This document shows, one piece after another, positions 1 through 14,411 of a stretch of DNA of 64,000 bases. Numbering within the stretch: the first letter of the stretch is position 1; each line of letters opens with the position of its first letter. Source of the DNA: Acidobacteriota bacterium. Lineage in GTDB: Bacteria > Acidobacteriota > UBA6911 > RPQK01 > JAPXNP01. The position numbers were made by a program, and so were the translations under genes. The notes under the pieces are model-generated. The model saw only the letters and a list, made by a program, of their open reading frames with translations, did no database searches and was not told the origin of the DNA. The stretch is from assembly GCA_963663735.2 (NCBI GenBank), contig CAXXHN010000002.1, positions 205,073 to 269,072 of the forward strand, given 5' to 3'.

Positions 1-2
1 CA

Positions 3-599
3 CTGACTGAGGAAAATTTACAGGCCAGGATCAGGGGAAGCCTGATGATGGCTGAAGCCAATGACACCGGACAGCTGCTCCTCACCAACGGCAATGAAAG
101 TGAAATGGCCCTTGGTTATGCGACTCTCTACGGGGATATGGTAGGAGGAATTGCCGTGATCGGAGACCTCTCCAAGCCGGATGTGTACCGTGTTTCCCGT
201 TACGTGAACCGGCGTCATGGCCGGGAAATAATTCCTGAAGTCATTTTTGAGATTCCCGCTTCCGCAGAATTGAAGGATAACCAGGTCGACCCCTTTGATT
301 ATGAAATAATCGGCCCGCTGGTTAATGATTACATTGAAAGGGGAGAAAGTCCCGGAGATCTCCTGGAGCGGTTTGTTTCCCGCAGCTTGAAATTCGGGGC
401 TTATCCGGAGGATATGTATGAAAGATATGACGAGAAGAAATTCCGTAGCCTGGTTGAAGAAATTTACGGGATGATCGGCCGTGCTGTTTACAAGAGAGTG
501 CAGTCCGCGCCAATCGTTGTTGTTTCAGAAAGAGCCTTTGGCTTTGATCTGCGGGAGTCAATAATCAACGGCTGGGACGCGAAAAGGGCTAGTAGATAA
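3..599 (+). CDS. nadE: NAD+ synthetase, C-terminal part (5'-truncated by the window edge)
   Basis: Frame is open from base 3: EENLQARIRG...NGNESEMALGYATLYGDMVGG...GDLSKPDVY...PASAELKDNQVD...YKRVQ, all NadE synthetase-domain motifs. Confidence 0.92.
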   Translation: MTEENLQARIRGSLMMAEANDTGQLLLTNGNESEMALGYATLYGDMVGGIAVIGDLSKPDVYRVSRYVNRRHGREIIPEVIFEIPASAELKDNQVDPFDYEIIGPLVNDYIERGESPGDLLERFVSRSLKFGAYPEDMYERYDEKKFRSLVEEIYGMIGRAVYKRVQSAPIVVVSERAFGFDLRESIINGWDAKRASR

Positions 600-888
600 T
601 TTCCGGGTAGGAGCCCAGTACTTCTCCGCAGTTTTCACACTTGATGACTTCAGGTATTTCAGCAAAGCGGGGAATCGATTTCCACATATTCAGGATTTCC
701 TGATTGCCGTTATCAGCGGGAGCCTCAGGGTTTCTTCTGATCTGCTTGGTATTGAAGCGGTAGATTGCTGTGTGTTCGCAGTTGTAACAGGTGATCTGGC
801 GGAAATTAACGGAAGGCTCCACGGTTTTGTATTCGTCCTGGATTACCTGATTATCGGGAGAGTTTTCTGAATCACTTGGTTTGTACAT
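589..888 (-). CDS. Small hypothetical protein with two CxxC motifs (possible Zn ribbon)
   Basis: 99 aa, with CYNC and CENC; convergent with nadE, 11-bp overlap. Confidence 0.6.
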   Translation of the reverse strand: MYKPSDSENSPDNQVIQDEYKTVEPSVNFRQITCYNCEHTAIYRFNTKQIRRNPEAPADNGNQEILNMWKSIPRFAEIPEVIKCENCGEVLGSYPEIIY

Positions 889-1109
889 GAATATTGTTTA
901 AGTATAGCAAAAGACAGGAGAGTGATTCTTTCATTCCCTCACCTGTCAGGGTTCCAGTCATTAAATTGACTATATTATATCTATAAAAACCGTGACTGCA
1001 ATTGATGTTTTTTATTCAGCCGGTTTACAGTCTGGAAAATATTAAGGCGGAATAAAATTGTTAATTTTTGTGGCCAGTTAGAGAAGACTTCGTGCTGACA
1101 TCCTTTATT

Positions 1110-1188
1110 TGCTATAATTTAAACAGAAAATAGACGAATATGAATTCTTGTGTTTGCACTTGAATATCGGAGTGGAAAGACGTATCAT
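1110..1188 (+). promoter_or_regulatory. Putative tandem sigma70 rRNA promoters
   Basis: Extended -10 TGcTATAAT at 1110-1118; TTGAAT (1160-1165), 17-bp spacer, TATCAT (1183-1188); AT-rich upstream region. Confidence 0.6.
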
Positions 1189-1252
1189 ATGCAAGTCGTC
1201 ACAAACCAGTGACGTGTTTTAACGACAAAGGCTGCGAAAGCCGGGGTTCGTT

Positions 1253-1273
1253 AGAGATCTTTGACAGGAAGAG
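1253..1273 (+). promoter_or_regulatory. 16S precursor processing stem, 5' arm, containing a boxA-like GATCTTTGACA
   Basis: AGAGATCTTTGACAGGAAGAG is complementary (one mismatch) to 2896-2916 CTCTTCCTGTCAAAAATCTCT. A similar GATCTTTTACA lies at 3057-3067, and ACTGGAGAATA (3069-3079) pairs with 6141-6151 around the 23S. Confidence 0.75.
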
Positions 1274-1310
1274 TAAGGAACGAAACAGCGGAGCGAGGAA
1301 CCCGAATACA

Positions 1311-2827
<1,517 letters not shown>

Positions 2828-3139
2828 CAGGTGAAATATTACCTGAAATAATTGTTTCTTAGTTAATTAATTCCTTGTTTCTCTGTTCTTACCTGCTCTT
2901 CCTGTCAAAAATCTCTGGGGTTTTACAACCTTGGAACTGAATAACCTGATTTTTAACCAAGTGCCTTAAATTGAAGGAATTGGTGTCGGTTAGGGAATTC
3001 TTGCAGGTTTCCGGTGGAAATGCCGGTCAGTGATCCGCGGCTGAGAGTGCGGTGAAGATCTTTTACAGACTGGAGAATATAGGGCAAATAATACAAACCA
3101 CAGTAAGAGGCGTGGAATTTTGCGAATGCGTAAATTTCA

Positions 3140-6091
<2,952 letters not shown>

Positions 6092-6174
6092 GAAATTTAC
6101 CCATTTGCAAAATATCTCAATGTGGATAATGTTGTTTCCCTATTCTCCAGTTTCTAAAAAAAGTATTTAAGTTT

Positions 6175-6291
6175 ACCGGCGGTTTTAGCGAAGGGGTAAC
6201 ACCTGTTCCCATCCCGAACACAGAAGTAAAGACCTTCAGCGCCGATGATACTGCACCGGAGGCGGTGTGGGAAAGTAGGTCATCGCCGGTT
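6175..6291 (+). rRNA. rrf: 5S ribosomal RNA
   Basis: ACCGGCGG...CACCTGTTCCCATCCCGAACACAGAAGTAAAG...GCCGATGATACT...GGGAAAGTAGGTCATCGCCGGT; terminal helix pairs. Confidence 0.98.
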
Positions 6292-6303
6292 TTATTCATA
6301 AAC

Positions 6304-6338
6304 AAAAAAGGGCTCCCCAAAAAGGAGCCCTTTTTTTT
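6304..6338 (+). terminator. Intrinsic terminator of the rRNA operon (possibly bidirectional)
   Basis: AAAAAAGGGCTCC-ccaaaaa-GGAGCCCTTTTTTTT. Confidence 0.9.
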
Positions 6339-6568
6339 CGTGCAGAAGCCCGTGTCCAGCCTGAATTCTCAAGTTTCTTTAGAGCAATCAACCTGTCTTT
6401 AACTGTCTGGTAAAACCTTGATTTGGATGCTATATTGAATTGGTTTACTGAAAAACTGTCAGTAACCTGATAAATTGTTATGGAGCGGGCTTGCCGGGAA
6501 CTGGAGTGTTCTTAAGCTTACCAATCCACTCATTTTCTTAATGGTTTTTAGTACGGATACCCAGGAAT

Positions 6569-7129
6569 ATGTCGTCACAAATATCTGTTGCAGGACGTGA
6601 GGAATGGCGTTCCTGGCTGATGGAAAATCACTCTAAAACAAAAGAAGTTTGGCTTGTCTATTACAAAAAACATACCGGCAAGCCTACGATCACTTATAGA
6701 GATTCAGTGGAAGAAGCCCTCTGTTTCGGCTGGATTGACGGCATCCTGAGACGTATTGATGATGAAAGATACACTCATAGATTCACACCTCGCAATGCGG
6801 GAAGCAAGTGGTCCAAGTTAAACATTAAACTAGCCCGGAAAATGATAGACGAGGGGCAGATGACTGAGGCAGGTCTGGTCGCGTTTAACAATAGAGAGAT
6901 TGCAGTACGAATGGGCGAGAATCTTGAGGAAATAACTTTAACTCCAGAACTGGAAAAGTCCCTTCAGATTGATGAACAGGCATGGGCCAATTTTCAGAAT
7001 CTGGCCCCCAGTTACCGAAAGCACTATATATTATGGCTGCTAAACGCAAAGAAACCTGAAACAATTGCAAAACGATTAAAAGAAGCAATAGGACTTCTCA
7101 GGGAGAATAGAAAACTGGGCATGAAATAG
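6569..7129 (+). CDS. YdeI/OmpD-associated family protein
   Basis: WRSWL.ENH...EVWLVYYKK...EEALCFGWIDG...RFTPR...WSKLN and C-terminal APSYRKHYILWL..AKKPET. Confidence 0.88.
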   Translation: MSSQISVAGREEWRSWLMENHSKTKEVWLVYYKKHTGKPTITYRDSVEEALCFGWIDGILRRIDDERYTHRFTPRNAGSKWSKLNIKLARKMIDEGQMTEAGLVAFNNREIAVRMGENLEEITLTPELEKSLQIDEQAWANFQNLAPSYRKHYILWLLNAKKPETIAKRLKEAIGLLRENRKLGMK

Positions 7130-7224
7130 TTGATTTAACGGCATTGCCGCGGTGACAGGGATCTTTTGTATTCTGTAACATGTTGCAGTATTTCAGTAGA
7201 TGAATAAGCAGGGAGGCTGGATCG

Positions 7225-8301
7225 ATGGGGAAGAGAGTAATTGTTTTATCGACGTTTTTATTAGCACTGATTCAGATTGCCGGATGTATGCAATCAGTCA
7301 ATGATCCCGACAGCGGTGATTCAGAACGATGGATGGAAATCAGCGCGGTGAAAAATCGTGTCAGCCATTTGGTACCGGCAACCTGGACTCTGGATAAATA
7401 TCCTGATGCTAAAACCCTGACGCCAAATTCAAAGATTGTCCTCTTTGATCAGGAAGGTCCTGGAGTAATTACCCAGTTCCACTCATCAGACTATGGACGG
7501 GGGGATTCGAGCAAGATGATCCTTCGGGTATGGTATGACGGAGAAGCTGATCCTTCAATCGATATGCCGCTTATGGATTTCCTGGGAGACATTGGTTCCT
7601 CTACACCGCCCTATTCTGTTCTTCATTTTTCACGGGTCCGCAAATCCCATAACTTCCGACTCCCCTTGCCGTTTCGTAAACATATTAGAATCGAGGTCGA
7701 GAATCCTACCCCTGACCACCTCTTCGGGTATATGGATGTGCAGTGGGACCAGGTTGAGAGTATTCCTGAAAATACCGGCTATTTAAAAGTCGCCTATCAG
7801 AGCGGAAGTTTTCAGTTCCCACATGAGGAATTGACTCTTTGTGATATTAATTCTCCCGGATCCATCGTCGCCCACTGGCTACAGCTGGTTGGTGACCACC
7901 CTGCCTGTGCCCATGGCCAGGCCACCTGCGAAGGAAACCATGAAATCTATCTGGATGGCGATACTGAGCCTACCTATGAATGCCTGGGTATCGAGGATTT
8001 CTATGGCCATTCCTGGGGCTTTTCCGGCCTTTCTTCGGATTTTTACTCTGCCATAGTTCTACTGGAAGAAACTCCTAAAGGAGGAACTAATGTGGCCATG
8101 GTCCGGGCCAGGGATACTGACAGGATAAATTTCACCAAATCTTGCAGGATTCTTCTCACCTATCGGCATGATCTGGGTGAACCTTTCAGCTACGAAACCA
8201 GGAAAGGCAAGGCTCCTGCCCTGCAGCCGTTTGTTGACGGCACCAGCCTGGAGGTCCCGTATCGCAGCTGTATCTATTATTATGAGGGAATCGGCGACTG
8301 A
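7225..8301 (+). CDS. DUF2961 (GH172-like) domain protein, predicted lipoprotein
   Basis: Signal peptide ending IAGC; GPGVITQF, LRVWYDGE..PSIDMPLMDFLG, LPFRKHIRIEVEN, EGNHEIYLDG, GIEDFYG.SWGF. Confidence 0.75.
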   Translation: MGKRVIVLSTFLLALIQIAGCMQSVNDPDSGDSERWMEISAVKNRVSHLVPATWTLDKYPDAKTLTPNSKIVLFDQEGPGVITQFHSSDYGRGDSSKMILRVWYDGEADPSIDMPLMDFLGDIGSSTPPYSVLHFSRVRKSHNFRLPLPFRKHIRIEVENPTPDHLFGYMDVQWDQVESIPENTGYLKVAYQSGSFQFPHEELTLCDINSPGSIVAHWLQLVGDHPACAHGQATCEGNHEIYLDGDTEPTYECLGIEDFYGHSWGFSGLSSDFYSAIVLLEETPKGGTNVAMVRARDTDRINFTKSCRILLTYRHDLGEPFSYETRKGKAPALQPFVDGTSLEVPYRSCIYYYEGIGD

Positions 8302-8327
8302 GAATGCCAGGATTTTTGCATCGCTGA

Positions 8328-8735
8328 TTAAAAACCCGCAGCTACAACAAAACATGCGGCACAGAGCAGCAGCGAAACCGGGATCATAATCGATTTTTCC
8401 AGTTTGCTTTCCGATAAAAGGTTGCCCAAAAAACTCAGTCCAAAAATCCCGACCAGGATCCAGGTGAATACCTCGGACAGTACAGGTTTATTGAAGGTGA
8501 TTAATAATCCGGCCTTCTCCAAAACGCAAAACGAGCCGAAAATATAGATATCAACCGCAACTAAACTTGCCAGGCGCAGTGATGCCGGGAGCTTTCGGTA
8601 ATGACCACCCCACGCCGCCTTACCCATCGGGGCTCCCAGTGCTAATAAGCTCTGAAAGATTATCATTCCGAAAAATCCAGCTATGGCAATCCAGGCTGCT
8701 ATCTGAGTAATCAAGAGGTTCATCTCCCTGTCCAT
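8328..8735 (-). CDS. Hypothetical 4-TM membrane protein
   Basis: Four hydrophobic segments; LALGAPMGKAAWGG and LSFLGNL.S.SK.EK. Confidence 0.75.
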   Translation of the reverse strand: MDREMNLLITQIAAWIAIAGFFGMIIFQSLLALGAPMGKAAWGGHYRKLPASLRLASLVAVDIYIFGSFCVLEKAGLLITFNKPVLSEVFTWILVGIFGLSFLGNLLSESKLEKSIMIPVSLLLCAACFVVAAGF

Positions 8736-8864
8736 TTACATATTTCTGATTATGTTAAAAGGATATTACATTTAAAAGACAAAAAAACAGGAGGCACTTC
8801 AACTGGTCCGGCTGGAGGAGCAAATCAGTCCCCTGAGCGGCTGGACTTCACGATATTCATTCTT

Positions 8865-9935
8865 TCACTTTTTTTTGTTGTTTTTCATAACTGACTTGAT
8901 CATCTGCCCGAATTTTTTATCTTTTTTGCGCTTTTCAATATAAGACATCTGATAATGTTTAGATTCTTTGAGCAGCTTGAAATAGTTATTGTAACGTTCC
9001 TGGGTCACTTCTCCGTTTTCAATTGCTTCCAGGATGGCGCATCCGGTTTCATTGGTGTGGGTACAATTGTTGAAACGGCAATTCTGCGAAAGTTTTTTAA
9101 TATCTGAGAAGCTCCCATCCATGCCGCCGCTGACCTCAATGCTGCCAAGTTCCCGCATACCGGGTGTGTCAATCAGCATTGATCCCTGATCAAGAATGAT
9201 CAACTGGCGACGGGTAGTGGTGTGCCTGCCTTTTCCGTCCTGGGCGCGTACAGTGTTTGTGTCCAGCAGGTCCCGGCCGATAAGGTGGTTCAGAAGCGTG
9301 GTCTTGCCTACTCCCGATGAGCCGATCAGGCAATACGTTTTTCCCGGCTCAAGCATCCGGCTGAACTGATCCTGCCCGAAGCCGGTTTTATTACTGAGGG
9401 TTATGATTGTGCTGGTGATGTTCGAGTTCCTGATCTCTGATATCCTTTTGGCCATCATTTCAGGACTGACTAAATCACTTTTAGTCAGGAGGATCACCGG
9501 CTCTATCCCCCCTTCATTTATCATTACGAGGTAGCGCTCCAGCCTTCGCACGTTAAAATCAAAATCACAGGCCTGTACAATACAGGCAACATCAATGTTG
9601 GATGCTATTAACTGATAATCAATTTTTTTGCCAGGAGTTTTTCGGCGCAGGAAAGATTTTCTGGGGAATACTTCATGGATGACGGCAAACGTGTTTTCAT
9701 TATGGTACTTTACAGAGACCCAGTCCCCCACGGAGGGTAGGTCCATGCTCGACTCCGCTGAGAACAGAAGGCTTCCCGTTAGTTCAGCAATAACTTCACT
9801 ATTTTCATTTCTTACAATATAGCTGTCCCTGTTGACTCCAGTTATTCGGGCAGCTCTGCAGCCAGGTATCTGCAAAGCCATGTTTTTATCTTGAAACCAC
9901 TCATTAAAACCAAGATTCTTCAGTTCAGTATGCAT
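8865..9935 (-). CDS. rsgA: Ribosome small subunit-dependent GTPase A
   Basis: Circularly permuted GTPase order TKSD, GSSGVGKTT, GRHTTT, DTPG, then Zn finger CRFNNCTH..E.GC. Start set at ATG 9935 (ORF track 9995). Confidence 0.95.
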   Translation of the reverse strand: MHTELKNLGFNEWFQDKNMALQIPGCRAARITGVNRDSYIVRNENSEVIAELTGSLLFSAESSMDLPSVGDWVSVKYHNENTFAVIHEVFPRKSFLRRKTPGKKIDYQLIASNIDVACIVQACDFDFNVRRLERYLVMINEGGIEPVILLTKSDLVSPEMMAKRISEIRNSNITSTIITLSNKTGFGQDQFSRMLEPGKTYCLIGSSGVGKTTLLNHLIGRDLLDTNTVRAQDGKGRHTTTRRQLIILDQGSMLIDTPGMRELGSIEVSGGMDGSFSDIKKLSQNCRFNNCTHTNETGCAILEAIENGEVTQERYNNYFKLLKESKHYQMSYIEKRKKDKKFGQMIKSVMKNNKKK

Positions 9936-10072
9936 ATCTTCACATTCTTTAGTACAGGCGTTAAACCTTCCGCAAAACTGGTAATTTCGATACAATCAGA
10001 TAACTTCCTTATCCTACAGGATCACCGACTGTCAGTGTTTATAGTTTTATCCGACCGGTATTGGGGCAGTTT

Positions 10073-11272
10073 TTAGCTCTGCTCAATAATGCTTCCGGTT
10101 TTTTTATCCCGCAAGATGAGTTTTTGCCGTCCGTCCGCCATCGTTTCCTTTTTTACGAGGTCGTATTTATCATCCATGAAGATGTTACCGACCGGGCTCG
10201 TCTCCCTTAGATCCTGTCCTCTCCAGTCATCCAACTGAATCGGCTCCCACTGCCTGGTCCGGGACGATTTGTAACAGGCATCCAGGATGGCGTTAACTAC
10301 GTATCCGTCATAAAATGTCTCCATCGGTGTGCGGCCTTGGTCCAGGGCGGCGAAAGCATCCAGGAACATATGGGTATAACCCAGTTCATTTACTTCGTCA
10401 CCGACCGGGAAGAGCCATCCCTTGTCAGTTTCGGCCTTTTCAGCGACATAACCTCCCTGGCCGACATTGGTGAACATCTGGAATCCTGTTCCGAGAAAAT
10501 GGTCAAGCCAGATGGTGCCTTCAGTTCCAGCTACTTCATCGCGCAGGTCCATTCCGCCGCGAAACGCCCAACTCACTTCGATCTGCCCCATGGAACCATT
10601 CTGGAATTTAATCAGGGCGATGGCATGGTCCTCTGCGGCAATGTTATGAACCAGGGTGTCAGCCCAGCACATGACCTCCACCGGCCTGATATCTTTGCCG
10701 ATAAAGCAGCGGACAATCTCGGCACAATGGCAGCCCATGTCTATCAGTGCCCCTCCTCCCGCCTTTTCCATATCCCAGAACCAGGCGCTGTGCGGGCCGG
10801 GATGTGTTTCTCTGGAGCGCACCCACAGCACTTTCCCTAAAGCACCGTTTTTAACAGATTCCAGTGATTTGAGTGTTTTAGGTGTGTAGACCAGGTCTTC
10901 AAGATAAGCAGCGAAAACACCTTTTTTTTCAACGTAGTCGAGCATCTCCTTAGCTTCCTGGGCATTACGCCCCAGTGGCTTGGTGCAGAGGATATTTTTA
11001 CCGGCGTCAGCACACATTTTGATGGCCTCAAGGTGTTTGTTGTTGGGAATTCCGACAATCACGGTGTCGGTATCTGGATCGTTTATAACAGATTTCATAT
11101 CAGTCGAATACCTGGGAATGTTCCAGTCTGCGGCAAACCTGCAGGCACGTTCCTCACTACGCGAAAAAACATTCATGATGCTGTGTTTGCTCTGGAATTG
11201 ATGAAGGGTTTTGGTGTAGAACATTCCGATGAGGCCGGAGCCTAATAGTGAGATCCTGTGCCCATTAATCAT
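10073..11272 (-). CDS. Gfo/Idh/MocA family oxidoreductase
   Basis: Rossmann [17 protein letters not shown] (EKP variant), [11 protein letters not shown]. Confidence 0.92.
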   Translation of the reverse strand: MINGHRISLLGSGLIGMFYTKTLHQFQSKHSIMNVFSRSEERACRFAADWNIPRYSTDMKSVINDPDTDTVIVGIPNNKHLEAIKMCADAGKNILCTKPLGRNAQEAKEMLDYVEKKGVFAAYLEDLVYTPKTLKSLESVKNGALGKVLWVRSRETHPGPHSAWFWDMEKAGGGALIDMGCHCAEIVRCFIGKDIRPVEVMCWADTLVHNIAAEDHAIALIKFQNGSMGQIEVSWAFRGGMDLRDEVAGTEGTIWLDHFLGTGFQMFTNVGQGGYVAEKAETDKGWLFPVGDEVNELGYTHMFLDAFAALDQGRTPMETFYDGYVVNAILDACYKSSRTRQWEPIQLDDWRGQDLRETSPVGNIFMDDKYDLVKKETMADGRQKLILRDKKTGSIIEQS

Positions 11273-11403
11273 GTTTTCCTCCCAGGTACATTTATTGAAT
11301 CAGTTCATTTTACAATCTGGATAATTCAAGTTGTTTCTGTCCTTTGCCCCCGAAATAGTTGCGGGGTATGGGCAGCTGGTTGCAGGTGAATAAATAAATT
11401 GTT

Positions 11404-13341
11404 CTAAGGTTTAATCGTCACCAGCCCCTCACACCATTCCCGCAGGTCCAGGTCATCTCCGCTGATATCAGCCGTGAGGACATGAACCGCGCGATCACTA
11501 CTACCACTACCGGCAGAAGAAATTGTAAAGGAGGATGATTTCTCCTGGTGAGAAGCAACCAAAACCTCCCGCTGGCCAGGAGTGACTTGTACCCCTTCAG
11601 GCGCGTTGATCCTGATCCTGAAGGTACGCGGGGCAGGGGAATGGTTGAAAATCCGGATAGAGACCTCTCCTGAACCCCCTCTTTTAATTTCAATGTTGTA
11701 GGGTTGGAAGCGGACCCATTGTTCATCTATGCCGTAATTTGGGTCATCCCACGGAAAAAGTTGAGACAGGACTTCGCGTCGTTTTTCAAGAGTATTGATC
11801 ATCAGGTCAAGCTGGTAAGGTGAGAAGGCAAAAGGCTGAACTATATGCTCGTTGATCAGCAGGGTTCCCGTCGGAAGTTTCTTCAGGAAATCCAGGCAAT
11901 AGAAATATCCCATTCCCTCCTGCAGCAGGTTCCGGTTCAGCAGGCAGTAGTCATCAATTCCGGAAGGGGAAAATGAGTCTCCAATAAAGAAGATTTTTTC
12001 ACCGCCGTCCCTGGTTACCAGCATGGCGTCATGATAAATGGCCTGGCCGGGAAAATAAAAGAATTCGAAAATGAATTCCTTCCACTGCATCTTATAACTG
12101 TCCGGCACACTCTGAATACCAGGGATTGGGTTGGGAGTCAGAGCCGGCATCCGGTACGCACGCGGATCAGCCAGAATATCGGAGGACCACTTCGTGGCGT
12201 AAACCGGGCAGTCAAATTTTTCAGCCGCCCTGGCGGCAAAATCAGTGTGATCATCATGATAGTGGGTAATGAACAGGCCGTCTACCGTGGTGACGGTCCC
12301 CTCTTCCTGGAGTTTCTTCACTTCCCCGAATACTCCCTCCGATCCGCAGTCCACCAGGAAGGCCGAGTTATCCCTGGAGACGATCAGCCTTGAATTACTG
12401 ATCACTTTGATCCAGCCAGGGGGCTGGTCCTGGATTGTTTCAGCCCAGGGCATCCAGTCGACCTGGTCCGCTGAGCCCAGCGCCCGCTGAGCCAGGATGT
12501 CGTAGTCCTCCTTGAAGTACCAGCGACCGGCATTGACTGCCAGGTAATTGGCGTATGCCTCCTGAAGACGGTTGATCAGCTTGTTAATGGCCTCTGCCGG
12601 ATTCTGGATAACCGGTCCGCGTGCCGGCACCAGGAAATCGCACTGCTGATCCCTTACTTTTCGCAAGCTTTCCAGCAGGGCAGAGATCCTGCCGGCATAA
12701 CCGTGGTATCCCCTGATCCTGGTTCCCGAAATAGAGTCTTGTAGGCTGTACAGGTCTAACAACTGTCCGTCACCGTAAATAAGGTCACCAGTGAAACCGA
12801 TTTTATTTCCGCTTAGGTTTACAAAATAGGAAACAGCGCCGCGAGTATATCCCGGAGTGTCTAAAACGGTGAACGATAAATCCTGCCAGGTCAGGATGTC
12901 ACCTTCTTTAACGGCCTGATTGACTGCCAGCGGCTCAGTGATCATTTTTGTTGTCTGCTGCTCATAATCGTGGAACTGACCGGTTCCTGTTGTGCCCACT
13001 TTCTCCCAGTATTCTTTTACCCCGGTGAATTTTTCCAGTTCAGCGGCAGGGGCGGTGATGGAAACACCTGATGCCGCAAGATTCCGGGCCGCCCAAACCA
13101 GATCCCGCCGGAAATCGGTAAGCAGGACCTTGTCCGGGGGTGTTTCGAATTCCTCGGAAGAGCCATAAATGACCAGGTTATGGTGGTTCCTTTGGATAGT
13201 GGCGCTATTGATAGCTCCCGTTGTTACGGTAAGGTCCGGACTCAGGTTCAATGGAGCTGATGGAAGCACCGGGCCCGTCAGGGTAAAAAGAATGAGCAGT
13301 GAGTTAAGCAATATTTTAATCAAATTATTATTGTTTTTCAT
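11404..13341 (-). CDS. Secreted tandem metallo-beta-lactamase-fold hydrolase with C-terminal Ig-like domain
   Basis: Signal peptide after MKNNN; first MBL domain LLTDFRRD/TPGYTRG/FTGD/VPARG (degenerate); second THYHDDH/PGQAIYH/FIGDS/INEH. Start at ATG 13341 (ORF track 13395). Confidence 0.8.
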   Translation of the reverse strand: MKNNNNLIKILLNSLLILFTLTGPVLPSAPLNLSPDLTVTTGAINSATIQRNHHNLVIYGSSEEFETPPDKVLLTDFRRDLVWAARNLAASGVSITAPAAELEKFTGVKEYWEKVGTTGTGQFHDYEQQTTKMITEPLAVNQAVKEGDILTWQDLSFTVLDTPGYTRGAVSYFVNLSGNKIGFTGDLIYGDGQLLDLYSLQDSISGTRIRGYHGYAGRISALLESLRKVRDQQCDFLVPARGPVIQNPAEAINKLINRLQEAYANYLAVNAGRWYFKEDYDILAQRALGSADQVDWMPWAETIQDQPPGWIKVISNSRLIVSRDNSAFLVDCGSEGVFGEVKKLQEEGTVTTVDGLFITHYHDDHTDFAARAAEKFDCPVYATKWSSDILADPRAYRMPALTPNPIPGIQSVPDSYKMQWKEFIFEFFYFPGQAIYHDAMLVTRDGGEKIFFIGDSFSPSGIDDYCLLNRNLLQEGMGYFYCLDFLKKLPTGTLLINEHIVQPFAFSPYQLDLMINTLEKRREVLSQLFPWDDPNYGIDEQWVRFQPYNIEIKRGGSGEVSIRIFNHSPAPRTFRIRINAPEGVQVTPGQREVLVASHQEKSSSFTISSAGSGSSDRAVHVLTADISGDDLDLREWCEGLVTIKP

Positions 13342-13387
13342 GAAGCGTTCCGCGGTTTTAGATTCCTGGCAGAAAAAACGGACAGCA

Positions 13388-14329
13388 TCAAGCACTCACC
13401 CAGCGATAGCCGCATCCCTGGCTGAAATGTTCAACCGGATAGGCAGGGAAGGCCTGGTTGAGTTGATCCCGTAATGACCTCATGCCGAACTCCTCACTGG
13501 TTCCATGATTGATGACAATTAAGGGTTTTCCCGTATCTTCGGCAAAGGTGGACTGGGTCCAGGTGCGAATTGTATCGTCGATAGCCACATACAGATCGGC
13601 ATTCATATCCATGAAATCAAGGGGATCACAGGCGCATCCGGTTCCCAGGCCCAGCGCTGAAACCGGATAATTCGGGTCACCATAAAAGGCCACACCGGCC
13701 TGGTCAGCTGATTTTAGTTTCTCGGCAATACGTTTTGCGACGGTTATGGCTGGAGTGGAATCCATCTGGTACACATTAAAATATTTTTTTGAGCGAATGA
13801 TATCGTTATTGGTAAAACCAAGAGCCTGGCCGAAGGCATATGGAACCCCGAATTCCGGGACAATGTCCAGGACATCGTGACAGCGGATAATGACCAGTCC
13901 CTGTTCATTGATCCACCGCTTTTTCTGATCAATCGCCTTGAGGTAGGCGGTTTTTCCCTCTTCTGTTTTCTGGGTGTATTCCGCCTCTTTTGCTTCCAGG
14001 TCCCAGTGGGAGTAAAACGTAGGTTCGTGAACAACCATGGTGTTTACTCCCCGTTTCACAGCCTGGCGCAATGTTTTCCAATAGGGCATCCAGGCTGTCC
14101 CGATTCTGGTCACTCGAGTTTCAGGATCACCAATGATTACCCGGTCCACGGAAGGCTCTTTTACTTCGCAAAGGGAGCGGAGGTAGCTGTTGACCGCGGC
14201 CGCCGTCAGGATGTTTTTACCGGAAGTGCCGGCTGTTCCTGTAATTGATGAATCAGCATTGGCGGTTACAGCTACGGCGGTAACGGCAGCGGCCAGGCTT
14301 GATGATTTGATAAATGTTCTGCGTTTCAT
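13388..14329 (-). CDS. Nif3-like dinuclear metal centre protein with Tat signal
   Basis: MKRRTFIK twin-arginine signal; VVHEPTFYSH, IIRCHD, INHGTSEEFGM. Confidence 0.85.
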   Translation of the reverse strand: MKRRTFIKSSSLAAAVTAVAVTANADSSITGTAGTSGKNILTAAAVNSYLRSLCEVKEPSVDRVIIGDPETRVTRIGTAWMPYWKTLRQAVKRGVNTMVVHEPTFYSHWDLEAKEAEYTQKTEEGKTAYLKAIDQKKRWINEQGLVIIRCHDVLDIVPEFGVPYAFGQALGFTNNDIIRSKKYFNVYQMDSTPAITVAKRIAEKLKSADQAGVAFYGDPNYPVSALGLGTGCACDPLDFMDMNADLYVAIDDTIRTWTQSTFAEDTGKPLIVINHGTSEEFGMRSLRDQLNQAFPAYPVEHFSQGCGYRWVSA

Positions 14330-14411
14330 GGTAGCTTGATATTATATTCTGGTCGCTCAACATTCAACAGCTTTTACAGTCTTCAGACTGTGTCAGGCCG
14401 GGGGTAGTCAA

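Noticed and set aside
6445-6465. Inverted repeat TTACTGA-N7-TCAGTAA as an operator
   Set aside because: Single 7-bp AT-rich palindrome with no second copy or cognate regulator; could be chance.
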